A program made the translations under genes and the position numbers. Below the pieces are notes generated by a model. That model ran no database searches. It had not been told where the DNA came from and saw only the letters and a program-made list of their open reading frames with translations. Positions 26,097-38,257 of a stretch of 64,000 bases of DNA are shown in pieces (the stretch's first letter is position 1; each line of letters starts with the position of its first letter). Source of the stretch: Octopus sinensis (Eukaryota). The stretch lies in the NCBI RefSeq assembly GCF_006345805.1, contig NC_043006.1:90644001-90708000 (forward strand), read 5' to 3'.

Positions 26097-26430
26097 GCAA
26101 TATGTTTGAAAATAAACTCATCATGGAAATTACAGCCACCACTTTTTAAAAATGAAATAATAATTATTTGAATGGTTGAATTTATTAATAATGGGAAAAT
26201 GATTTATTTCATAAAATCCACATGCATTCTTGTTCCTTTCAATGCCTTGCTCATCACTTACCAGTGTTAATTCTTATACTACTTGTATGTCATTTGTTTT
26301 CCTTCTATTGTGCACCTCACTTTGGGGTGATTTCATTTTGCCTAGCTTTGAAGTATATTATGTTTTTCAACACTACATGTCTTCGAAAGGATTTTCAGGA
26401 TTTTTCTAGGAGGAAAAACTGCAGCTCTTG
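26097..26430 (+). CDS. Exon with LFEWLNLLIMGK*FIS* and DFILPSFE (start of AAA3)
   Basis: atttttag acceptor, phase 2 matches the previous donor; matches VFDYYVDFETGEWxPW and DILVPTVD; 7 stops; GTACTT donor. Confidence 0.7.
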
Positions 26431-26859
26431 GTACTTGAACAACACATATATGTTTAGTATGTGGTATTAATAATGTTTATGTTACTGAGCTGCTTCTGTT
26501 GCATAATTTGAACTTAAATATTAGGTTAACATTTGAACTATATTTCCCTTTTTTAATCATCACAATATTATGGATTTCTGCTAAATGTTTAGCTTTTAGC
26601 TGTGTGCCTGCATGCACTTGTACCAGCATGTGCACACATGCATGCACACACTCTTCACTAGCATAATGACTGATAAATCTACACATATGCCAATAAATAC
26701 ATTATTGTTTGCGTTAAGAGTAATTTCCTTTTAGTCATGGCAAACTTTGAAACTTTTAATACAGACATAAATACAGATACATGTATACATGTATTACACA
26801 AGTTTATCTACTTATTTCTGTTTTATTTTGTTTTATTTAGTTTAATATTTTGCCAACAG

Positions 26860-26951
26860 CTTATTCCTTTTTTGTTTTCTTTCAATTGAAATTAACTTTA
26901 ATGCATATCAACAAGTGCAGCTAGCCACCAATTCTGAGTTAATATGGCTTG
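26860..26951 (+). CDS. AAA3 Walker B-like exon LFLFCFLSIEINFNAYQQVQLATNSELIWL
   Basis: caacag acceptor, GTAAAG donor, open frame; phase 1 exit matches the next exon, but its entry phase does not match the 26430 donor. Confidence 0.55.
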
Positions 26952-27352
26952 GTAAAGTACCAGGATTCCACTCATTGTTTTATGTGCCAACAGACAAATA
27001 CCCATGTGACTCCTTAACCCTCATCTGAAAAGAATGTCCAGGATGTAGCATCTGGTAAGGAAGATGGCTGCACCAGCATCCATCTGGTACTCATCACAAT
27101 TGAATGGAGTAGAACAACAGTAAATTAAGTTCTTTGCTCAAGGGCACTGTACAACTTGCTAGTAATAATCAAATATCAGATTAGTGTTCAGACATTAGTC
27201 TCAGTAAAAGATATAGTCAAATATTTCAGGTGTAGTTATATTTTAGGAATATTTACAAAAAAAGTATTCCTGTAAAAATTTTAATTAATTAATCTTTGTA
27301 CATTATAGCAAAGAATCATCATACACTACCAATTACAAGTTTTTTCTTACTA

Positions 27353-29099
27353 TTGAGTTGGCAACTAAGTTCCCGCTGTTTTTTTTAGATTAAAATTTTT
27401 TAAAAGGTCTAATACGAAATGACAACTAATTAATCAATAATGTATTCACCCTTGTTGTTTACAACTTCTTCCCATTGTTCAACAAAATTTTCAATACCTC
27501 ATTGGTAGAAATCACCCGATTTCCACTTGAAAAATTGATCCAATCAAGCTCTCAATTCTGCATCAGTATTGAACAAAACTCCACGCACAGCATTTGAAAG
27601 AGATCGAAAGAGGTGGAAATCCATTGGTGCCAAATCAGGGGAGTACGGCAGGTGTGGCAGCACTTCCCAGTCATGTGTTTGAATGGCTTCTTTGGTCAAA
27701 TTGGCGATATGAGGGCGGACATTGTTGTGCAGCAGGACTCCATGCTGCCGATTAGGTCTTTTCTCTTGAATAGCTGTGTTGAGTTGCTCCATCTGGTGAA
27801 TATAGAGTTCTGCTTTGACTGTTTGGTTCCATTCAAGCAATTTGTAATAGATAATCCCTTCCCAGTCTCACCATACGCACAACATCATTTTACGTGGATG
27901 AAGATCCTTGTTTCACGTGCGGTGTTGCTTGTTTACCTGTGCTGAGCAATTCCTTACACTACTTTATATTGATGTACAGGCACCATTTTTTGTCGCCAGT
28001 AACGATTTGGTAAAGAAATCGTTGCTTGTGTCCATGAGTTGAGCAGTGATGTGCAAGCAAACCAGCGGAGATTATGGCTTGTTGATTTTTGCTGTTGTCA
28101 CTTAAAGCATGTGGAACCCATGCTCCATACTTCTGAACCTTTCCCATCGAGTGAAGATGCTTCTCTATAGCAGTGTGGGAGCATTTCATTTTCTCTGCCA
28201 GCTCCTTTGTCATTTGACGAAAATTTTCGTGCAGAAGTTAATTTAATTGCTCTTCATCGAACGCAACTGGACGGTCAGAATGAGGTGCATCTTTGTGGTC
28301 AAAATTTCTATTTTTGAACTTGGCATGCCAGTCACGAGTGGTTCTTTCAGCTATGGTACCTTCTCCATACACAGCACAAATGTTGTGAGCAGCTTTTGCG
28401 GCCTTAGAACCTTCATTAAAAGCAAAAAGAAGGAGGTGTCAAAAATGCTTGTTTTTCTTAACTTGACATTCCATTTTAATGATCTGAAAATAAACAAAAA
28501 TTAACTAAAATTAACCTGTAGAAAAAGCAAAATAGATTCCAAAATGATTCAAAAATAGAATTCTTGAAAATAGGTGTAGGAGTGGCTGTGTAGTAAGTAG
28601 CTTGCTTACCAACCACATGGTTCCGGGTTCAGTCCCACTGCGTGGCACCTTGGGCAAGTGTCTTCTACTATAGCCTCAGGCCGACCAAAGCCTTGTGAGT
28701 GAATTTGGTAGACAGAAACTGAAAGAAGCCCGTCATATATATATATGTATACATATATGTATGTATGTATGTATGTATGCATGCATGAATGCATACATGC
28801 ATGCATGTATGTATGTGTGTGCATATGTTTGTGTGTCTGTGTTTGTCCCTCCAACATCGCTTGATAACCGATGCTGGTGTGTTTACATCCCCATAACTAA
28901 GCGGTTCAACAAAAGAGACCGATAGAATTAGTACTAGGCTTACAAAGAATAAGTCCTGGGGTTGATTTGCTCGACTAAAGGTGATGCTCCAGAATGGCCA
29001 CATGTCAAATGACTGAAACAAGTAAAAGACTAAAAGAGTAAAAGAAAAAAATAGATTCCAAAATTTAAAAAAACGACAGGAACTTAGTTGCCAACCCAA
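27353..29099 (-). mobile_element. Mariner element, degenerate
   Basis: TIR ttg(a/g)gttggcaactaagttcc with TA flanks; WVPHAL, LHNN and HLPYSPDLAP motifs; frameshift and stops. Confidence 0.9.
28572..29047 (+). mobile_element. SINE family A nested in a mariner
   Basis: Same family; lies between the mariner TIRs. Confidence 0.9.
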
Positions 29100-29136
29100 T
29101 ATATTGTTGTATATACACTTGTCCCTTATATTTTAG

Positions 29137-29740
29137 AAATAATTATCTTTGAAATACTCTATATGTCAAGAGATTGGACAATAAAAAGAAAATATCATGA
29201 CTTAATTGCAGTATAACATTCCTCACAGCTAATTATAACTAAATAGTTTGTGGATTGCATCTAAAACTCTTTAAACCATCGTTTGCTGCTTTCTGACATA
29301 CAACATCTTCATGTCACAATCCCTAACAGGAGAGTCAACAGCAATTGTAAAATCACAAGTACAATCATTTTTTTTAAGTGTAGCAAACTGTGTTATTAAA
29401 TGTTATCTGATAAATTATTTCTTTTCAAATATCTCGCCCATTTTGTGTATGCGGTACATCAAGTTATTATTTAAAGCAAAACTTTATTTTGATTGTTTCA
29501 TTGTTGCACCATATTACTTTCTTAAATATTCTGATCTCATTTAACACATATCATTAGGCGGTGTATGTGGATATTTTTGACATTTCAAGGAAGTATCTAA
29601 GAATCATGTGAATAACTGGTGATTTTGTAGTAGGAAGAACTAGTTTGATGCTATGCTTCTGAGAAAATTTTACGAACGTACATTAGACATTATGTGAAGA
29701 ATTGTAAAGAAAAATTTTTGTAAAGTCCTGGACTAAATTT
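29137..29740 (+). CDS. AAA3 C-terminal/lid exon (NSLNHRLL..KITSTII..LVIL**EELV*CY)
   Basis: attttag acceptor, GTAACT donor, phase 1 to 2; 200 codons in one frame with 14 stops and four independent dynein anchors. Confidence 0.8.
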
Positions 29741-30319
29741 GTAACTTGAGATACAAAAGTGAACTGTAAAATGAGACTACAAACACTATGGTAGAATGGT
29801 GAGAAGGTAGTTTCTAAGCACAGCTTAAGTGCATTAAAATCTGAAGTAAAGTCGGTTAAAAAAAAAAAAGAAAATGACCTTGAAATGGTGTTAGCTAATT
29901 CAAAAAATGTTGTTTTCATAAGTTCTAAATTCAAAATGTTTATGAAACTCTTCATTTAAATGGCTGATAAACTTTATAAATTCACTTTGTTATGTAAATA
30001 ACACATCGCTTGCTAGAGGATAGATAAAGAAAAGGTTAGGAATGAGGAAAAAAGAAGAAAGTGAAGTAGGATAATAGGTATGGTTAAAAATAATAATAAT
30101 AAAAGAAAAATATGACTTTGTTTGCAGACATGAAAGGAAGTCTATCAAATTTATAGCAGAAGCAATGTGTCTAGCTATTTATACATACCTATTTATGTTA
30201 TGTTTCCTTGAGCTTTTTGTCTTTCATTTGGTGTCATCAGGTTCAAACATGTTACTAAGATTTCAGTAGCAAGTTTATGTGTGCTCAGATAAAAATAACC
30301 TTTTCTTTTATAACTATAG

Positions 30320-30409
30320 AGGTCTATTTATTAGTGGTGGATCTCTGCTGTTTGATGATGAGGATTCAGTTGTTTGATCTAACTGAATTACATACTCCTG
30401 AATTAAATT
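30320..30409 (+). CDS. Exon GLFISGGSLLFDDEDSVV*SN*ITYS*IK
   Basis: Phase 2 to 2, GTAAGT donor; SLLFDD matches PLLFGD; 3 TGA. Confidence 0.6.
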
Positions 30410-32040
30410 GTAAGTGGCTGAGTATTCTACAGACACATCTGTAACATAATCCCCAGGCAGTATCAGTGTGATACAGTGTGTAACAGAGCACTGCTTTACA
30501 AAATTATTTTTTGGGGCGGGGAAATATTCCAACATGGGGGTCACCAATGTAACAGAGTGAGTCAGTAATGGAAGTTTGAAGGAATGTCTCCTAGTATGTA
30601 ATGCGTTCGTGTTGTAACATAATGTGTGTAGTTAGCATTTTTTTAAAGACAGTTCATGGAAAGAATCCATTTTCAGTGATTTCTTAAAGAGGCATGAATA
30701 AAGAATATTTAGAAGGCAAATTTATAAAACAAAACCATTGAAATTTATTCAGTAGTGTAATGAGTGCTAGCAAGTGGTAACAAAGATTAATCTTGCATAT
30801 GAATGGGAACCAAATATATGTGTATGCGAGACAGGGAAATTGCATGACTTACTATATAAGTGGAAGCTGATATTAATCAAATGAGTTGTGTGTGGACACA
30901 ACATTTTATATTAATCAAATGAGTTTTCTGGTGGACACAGCAAATGTGACCTGTCAAAGAAAGCGATGTTGCTTCTATGTCTTCAAATCTGCAACTGGTT
31001 TGAAACTGCTGCTTCACTGCTGTAGTGAGTTTCTTCAGCTAAGGCAGATCACTGCAATTTTATTCATATACCCACCAGCTCTGATTGGCTGGAATCGTCC
31101 ACAGCCCAACTGGACTATGCCACAGCAACAGAATAGGTCTTTCCTGTCTTGCTACAGGTGTGTGACATAGTTACCTTTTCAGTTACAGGTTAATCCAAAT
31201 AATGAGTTTCTATTCAGTTTCCATCTACCTGGTCGTACTCAAATGTTATGGGTCAAGCTGAGCTATAGGAGTTATCACGTTTGCACAAGACAGTACGCAG
31301 CACCTTATTATTAAGTGAAACATTTGTCCATACAGTGCCTAACTATTTATTAATATTCCTATACTAAATGTGAGATATGTAAAACTCTTAAGCATCTTTA
31401 GATTTTGAATGTTTTCATATCATATTGGTATTACTATAAAGGCTTGACAGCTCCACATAGCTGGTCTTTTTGAACTAATTGACACTGGATATATTTGTAT
31501 GGATTAAATTCAGATGAAAGAACATGTCTGAGTGTTGGTGACCATGTATCTGTGTTGATGCGGATAACTTTCTTTACTCTTTTGAAATATTATTATGGCC
31601 TGATACCAGTGTGGTGTGTGTAAATAGCATTTAGCTGCAAGGATCAAATCCTACTAAGGCAATTTATTCATGTTAAAATAAAACATCGAAGATAAAGTAA
31701 TCAGACTAAACGCTCTGCAGATTCATATAAAAAATCTACTGAAACATATTCTTTCTGTACTTGGTAACAGAATGATAAGACATGTCTCAGATCAACCTAT
31801 CATCAATAATAAGCAACACATATCCAGGGAATTTTACCTGTTGTAGACCTGTATCTTACCAGATGTAGTTTTAAAAATCCTCTGCTTTTAAGCACTAGGC
31901 TGATATTTTATTACAAGGATTGATTTTTACTCAAGTTATGCTCTTTCTCTGTGATCTATTTAACTGAAAGACTATTTCCATTGTATTTCCTACATATAAC
32001 ACACTTCAACTGTATCAGTATTTCTACTACTTGTTTTGCT

Positions 32041-32815
32041 CAATATCTCATTGTATCTATTTAAATATCAATGGATCAATAACCAATTTGATGAAATGAT
32101 AATTGATAGTGAAACTATTTGATGATGGTTAGGGTTGCCTACACTTGTTACCAACATGCACAATATTTACAATGCCTGTTTTCCCCCTTAATGCTCTTGG
32201 CAGTATTTTGTATGTGGGTGAATCTCATAATATCTTTTATTATCAATTGCTGTGAAAACGGGGACAGAATAAGTTTTATTTTGATATCACTTATAGAGAT
32301 ACTGCTGCTCTGTGCTATCTATATCAATTTTATTCTGGAAGATTCTCTCTCGTAGTTGAATTGCTTTCACTAAGTTGTAAAGAGCTTGTGTATCTGCTTT
32401 ATAGAATTCATTTAATAAGAAAGACGAATAAGAATAAAGCAGATAGAAAAATATGGGGGAAGCGTTATTGAACAACATGAGCACAACCTAAGTTTCTTTA
32501 TCAAGGATATGGTGAAAGAGTGTATTTTCTGTGGAATGAGTGTTTCAGAAATGTATTTCAGCAGGGGTTATTGCATAAAGATGTACATATAAGCATTGAA
32601 GATTGCTAAGAAAGGTTTATAGAAACAGTAACATTGTAAAAATATGTGTGTTAAACAGATTGACTGAATGGCCAGGTAAGATAGGCTTCAAAGGAATTTT
32701 TTATGTAAAGAAATGGCTAATAAAAACAGTACTGTCTCTGTGCAGAGATTTCTTAAAATCTAAACAAATTTTGTATTTTGTGCTCTTCCCTTCTATTAAT
32801 TATTATGTAAATTAG
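32041..32815 (+). CDS. AAA4 region (QHAQYLQCLFSP..NLSFFIKDMVKE..MSVSE / NRLTEWPGK..KKWLIKTVLSLCRDFL)
   Basis: One frame from 32041 to 32560 with several anchors; second segment in another frame after a probable 100-nt intron. Confidence 0.75.
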
Positions 32816-35800
32816 GACAGTGGATTTGTAAAATTGTTGGAGCAGTAGTCAAATGCCTTATGTAGTATTAGTACTTTCTGTTCAGGAATTTATATCCCAA
32901 CAAGGTGGACTTTTCCTCTCATCTATCCAAGGTTCATAAAATAAGTACTAGTCAAGCATCAGGACTGATATGATTAGCTGTTCCCTTTCCCATTGAATTC
33001 TTGGCTTTGTGTCATGGTAAGAAATCATTAATTATTATGTAAATAAAATCTTGTGAATGAGTACATTTAATTTTTGTATATCTTTATATTCTTTAAATAT
33101 TGTTCTTACTGATTTCACTAGAAAAGTAAATGAAGCTCATTGAAGTCGAAACAAATGAAAAGAAAAAAATCTTTCTAATGATGCAAAAATGAATATAAAA
33201 TTGTCTTGTTTTTCATGTTTGTTTACTTATTGATATTTTATTTATTTGTTGACTTCATTTAAATGTTTACTTAATGGCTTGTCTTCATTTCATCATCTAA
33301 ATTTCAATTTTTATCAAACAATTAGGAAGTATTTGATACTTGATATAAAATTACTTGTTATTGATTATTAGCTACACATAAGCACTCCATATAGCAATGG
33401 ACAAACCTCATAAAGCTTTTATTTACATTGAACTTGCTTATCTCTAGAGACCACTTTGTGATGAATTAGTGTATTCTTTGCAGTCCCTGACTAATCACAT
33501 ATTCAATAAAGTATTATAATTGTTACAGCTGTTATTTCTAGCAATTGAATACTTATTAACAGAAATAAATGGAATTCCAAAAAGATGCTGTAATTAGAAA
33601 TTCTAGGATAGTTTACTCATTTGTTCAGCAACAAAAGAAAAGTTGAATTTTTGATATCATCCATGCCAGACCAACAGTTTTAAATAGAGTGCTATTGGTT
33701 TACTTCAAAGCTAAGTTACTCATAAAATTTTGTAATAAATATTGATTGAACTATGGTGTTTTATTCATCATCTTTTAATGAGTATGGTGGTGGTGGTGGT
33801 GGTGGTGGTGGTATGTGTGTGTGTGGGGGGGAGTAGCTCATTGAATTAGTTTTAAATTGATGCAGGTTTTGACTTTAGTATGACATTTAAATGTTGGAAT
33901 GGAGAATTGTATATTTTGTGTTTGTTGAAGCTGTTTTCAGAAGAAATTATATTGTTAAAGAATAGCTATTGCTTTATTTATATTCAAGACAATAAACTTT
34001 TACATTTTCTTATTAGAATTACTGTCAGTACAAAATTTAATATTCATTTTAATACTCTTTAAATAGATCAACAGTTTTATATGCATTGTTTACAGTCTTT
34101 ATTTTATATATTCAATTATCTAGAAACACAATATTTTACTTTAGCAATATACAATAGGACCTTTCTAATCAAATGTTTTGATCTTCAACTTCCTACAGCA
34201 TTATGTTTTTTAAAAGATGTTTGTGAATGTAGTTGAAGATTACAAAACAAGACTAAATAACATAAAGAATTCAGCTTTTTAAAATGTTAAATTATAGGAG
34301 TTAACAAATAATTTGAGCTGTGTCTTTTGTCTCAGATGGCATTTTAATTAAATTTGTGAAAGAATCTATGAAAAATCTATGAAAAGTTCACCAAAATCTT
34401 TGTACAAACTTAACTTTATTTTAGCTTGCTTCAAAACTTGAATAATCTATAAGAAAATTGGGATACAATTTTTGAAAAATCAATTGACTGTGTATTTATG
34501 AAATATCTTTCTGATATTACAATTAAAAAAAATTCCATTCCATTCCATTAACTCATTTTCTACCATTATTTAGTCTCTTATAATCTAACCGTATTCTTCT
34601 CAAGCTTCTTTTTTTTTTTAAATTCCTTTTTTTTTTAAATACTCTGTAATAACTTTATTTTATATGTAAATTTTAGAGTAATGTTTTTAATCAGTCTTTG
34701 TTGTTTTTTTTTTACACAGATTACTATTTCATATTCCAAGAATTTTTCTGGTTGCTTTTGTGGTTCAAAATTTTTGTATATTTTCTTTACTACCAGAGTA
34801 AAGAAAATGCACAGTAAACAAACTCTTAGCATAGCTTTACTTGTGTCTGTTAAAAGCCAAGGGTCTTGTCCCTTCCTCAGAATGCATTATATAAAGCTGT
34901 TGTTCCCATGTTTCTTATATAGATTTTATCTCATTTTATCCCATTCATATTTTAACAGCTTCGGTTTATATATATGGTTGAGGTTTATAATGGAAATATC
35001 AAAACTCATATTAGAGTTATTACATGATTGCATCATTCGCTTTCTTTTCTATTTCTTTCAACTTATCCTCCTTGCTTTCTTAGTCTCTTATATTTCTTCA
35101 GTTTTCTCTCGGTTTAATTTTTCCTGGTTTTTCTCTTTTCCTTCTCTTGCTGTTCATACAACATTTCAAATCCTACTTATGTAATTACATGTGCTATTCT
35201 TATTTTAACTTTGAAATATGTATTCATCCATTATGCTCCATTAGAAGAAGGCTATAGCTAGCAGTAAAATTCTAAATATGAGCAAATAATTTTGTAGTTA
35301 AGAGATAAAAGCTACCAGCTAGTCTTTAGTGAAAATTTTACAATTTAGGACCTTTCAGATAACCAGTTAACATTTATTTCAAAAAGTTTCTGTTTCTTTT
35401 ATGATTCAAAATTTACTCTAATCAATGTTCTTATTTTATATATTCTGTGATATATTATTTTATTTATGTATTCTTTTACCGGTTTCAGTCTTTGGACTGT
35501 GGCTCTGCTGGGACCTCTGCCTTCAAGGGTTTTAGTTGATTGTATCAACCTCAGTACTTTGCCCGGTACTTTGTTTATTGATCTCTGCTTCTAGATTGGT
35601 TAAGATAACTTTTTTGTTTGGGATAAAGACTTGTAATGCTGACTTGTGTGCATGTGCACACGCACACATACACATACACACACACACACACCTTGTCCCA
35701 ATTCAAATTGATAAAACAAATTACTTTTCCTCTTTGTATAGTTCCTACTGGTTAACTTGATTTCTGTCTTTAAACAGACACTCAGAGTATCCAAGTTGAT

Positions 35801-36814
35801 AATCTTTTCTTTTTTTTTCTTTTTGTTATTTTTTCTAAGTAGCACCCCTGCTTCCCTGCCCTAGTCAAATCCATGTGCTTGGTATGTTTACAACTGATTG
35901 TTTGTGTTGGTTTAGTTATGTTTGAACTGGTGTGAATGTTGAATACAACTTGTCATGACTTAAAAGTTGCAGCATGACCATGTGTTTAAGAAGTTTGATT
36001 CAGAATCACATGGTTGATAGTTCATTCTCACTGCATAGACACTGTCAGCTGATCATCTACTATTGCTGTGGGTTTTTACCAATGCTTTGTGAGTGAAATT
36101 TAGTTGATAGAAACTTCTAAAATCCCAGTGTGTGTGAATGAGTATGTTTTCCCCATGTCTTGACTTGTGTGCTGTGATTGTGCATAGAAAGTCAATGTTC
36201 ATACAAAAAGTGTTATTTGTTTACAGTCCTCTGTATAAGCATGTCTGGGATATTTGTTCTTTGTTGGTTTAAATGAAACAGGTGGGGTTTGGTGACAGGA
36301 AGAGTATCCAGCTGCAGAAAATGTTTCAGTAAGGTTATCATCTGACCCATGCTAACAGAAAAGTGGATGTTGAAACAGTGGTGGAGGTAGAAAATGAAAT
36401 CAAAAATGTATCATAACATTTTTTAGCTCACTCTGATTGAGATTCTGAATTAACTTGGGCTTCTACTTTGTTGTATTGCTACCAAATATTATCTCTCTAT
36501 TTTCAAATTGTCATTGCAAGAGTTATAGTTCATAGGCTAAACTTTGCTTGTGGCTGAGCTATTTTAAGCATTATGCTTATTATTAATCATCCATTTATTA
36601 TTAAGTGATTGATTGTGTTCAACTTTTTCAAAGCTATTTCCAGCTTATCCATTAGTTTGAACAGTGAAGCAGTAACATGCCATGAATTATTAAAAGGTAT
36701 CCTTGTAGTGGTCATAAGTCATATTTAATACTTCATGATGCTAAACAAAGGTTAAATATATTTGAATTTCTTTCTCCATTTGTCAAAAGATAATAATGGA
36801 ATTAAACCATTTTC

Positions 36815-37111
36815 TTGTTTCACATATATAAATTACACATTGATATAGTATGTATATTCATAAAAACCAAGGCTGGAAGGGTAATTTATTTTAAAATATC
36901 TACCAGCATAAATAGGTTCTCTAATTCATGGAGATTACAAAAAGATATAACAACAGAAATATCTAACTCATCATCTTTCTCCCTTTGTTCTCTTTTTCTT
37001 AGTTTTTATGTTTTGTAGTTTATTCTTTTGCATAAAGTTACTATGTACCTTCCTTAGTCTTACCAGCAGACATTTGAATTGATTAAATAAATAAATAATT
37101 CTTAATTTTGT
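36815..37111 (+). CDS. Stalk C-terminal exon (SWRLQ..SLCSLFLSFYVL*F..YLP*SY)
   Basis: Matches RW..GDVLLAAAFISYLGPF..KW; GTTAGT donor, phase 0; start approximate. Confidence 0.6.
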
Positions 37112-37308
37112 GTTAGTTACTGATTTAGCATTATATCCTTATTTATGAGTTATTTGATTTAAGTGGGTTTTTAAAAAAATTTTTCATTAAGTCTTAAAAA
37201 TGTGCATGCATGTAAAGAATAAGAATAAACATACAAAGTGTTCATATTTTAATATTAAAGATTTAAAAAAAAATATTTTGATATTTTGCTCTTTTGTTGC
37301 ACTCACAG

Positions 37309-37438
37309 TTATTATTAAACCTTCAGCATCCCAATAACAACCAGAGATCTCAAGATTTTCCTGTTATAAATAATGAAACTTATTAAAATTTAGCTTGTAT
37401 TAATTAAGCAATTACAAAATTTATTTTCAGTGATAAAG
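37309..37438 (+). CDS. AAA5 N-terminal exon LLLNLQHPNN..QDFPVINNETY*NLACIN*AITKFIFSDK
   Basis: Strong ctcacag acceptor, GTATTC donor, phase 0 matches the previous exon. Confidence 0.6.
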
Positions 37439-37599
37439 GTATTCAACTGATAGTTCAAATAATGTACTGCACTAAGTTGTATGAAATTGTAATTGAATAT
37501 GTGACTGAGACTCATTTCAAAAGTTGATAAGTTCAAGATTTGAAAAAAAAAAACGAAGAAAATGTATTAAATAAAATCAATAATTATATGAATAGCTGT

Positions 37600-38100
37600 A
37601 TAGACTATTAAATATTTATTGACATACTGGCATACACGTGTCATCAAAATTTCCAACAGTTTTCTTAATGATAGAAAATGGCACATCACAGTAGGAGAAA
37701 CCATTGATAAATGTCAGCAATTTAGTATATGTGTGTGTGTGTGTGTACTTATACAGAATTGAAGCAATTGAACAATCAGATATGGTTGTAACATCTTGGT
37801 TGAAAATATCTGCATACTGTGTGTACACACACACACACACACACAATTGAGTTTGGAGGGATATATTATCCATGCGGATACTGTATTAGTTTCCAGTTAT
37901 CAGCTAACCACAACAGTCAATATCTAATGTCTGTGACTACATGTAGTTGTTAGTTACTCCTTGGATTCTTCCAATAGGTAATTCTATGTTATCTTCACTG
38001 GACAGTAAAAATTGTCTGGAGTGTATATTAATAGCAATAATAGTAGAGAGTAAATATGTGTAGGCCATTATAATATGCTGTATATGACTACAAAATAAAT
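37600..38100 (+). mobile_element. Decayed CR1/L2-like RT fragment
   Basis: SFLNDRKWHITVG and IHADTVL (YADD-like) motifs. Confidence 0.4.
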
Positions 38101-38124
38101 TTTGTGGATGTACTCCTCTCCAAA

Positions 38125-38125
38125 C

Positions 38126-38161
<36 letters not shown>

Positions 38162-38202
38162 CATTATTATCATTATTATTATCATTATTATCATTATTAT
38201 TA

Positions 38203-38257
<55 letters not shown>
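38125..38257. repeat. (TTA/TCA)n microsatellite
   Basis: Direct reading. It is one of many microsatellites, e.g. (TA)n near 3148, 3735 and 41975, (CT)n near 8668 and 51815, (CA)n near 17635. Confidence 0.95.

Noticed and set aside
30314-30547. Minus-strand 77-aa ORF, and the stop-free plus frame EVYLLVVDLCC.. in the same exon
   Set aside because: No recognisable homology; the phase-compatible frame with SLLFDD fits the dynein instead.
34635-35184. 167-aa hydrophobic plus-strand ORF
   Set aside because: It is the complement of a purine-rich, probably decayed repeat, with no domain recognised.
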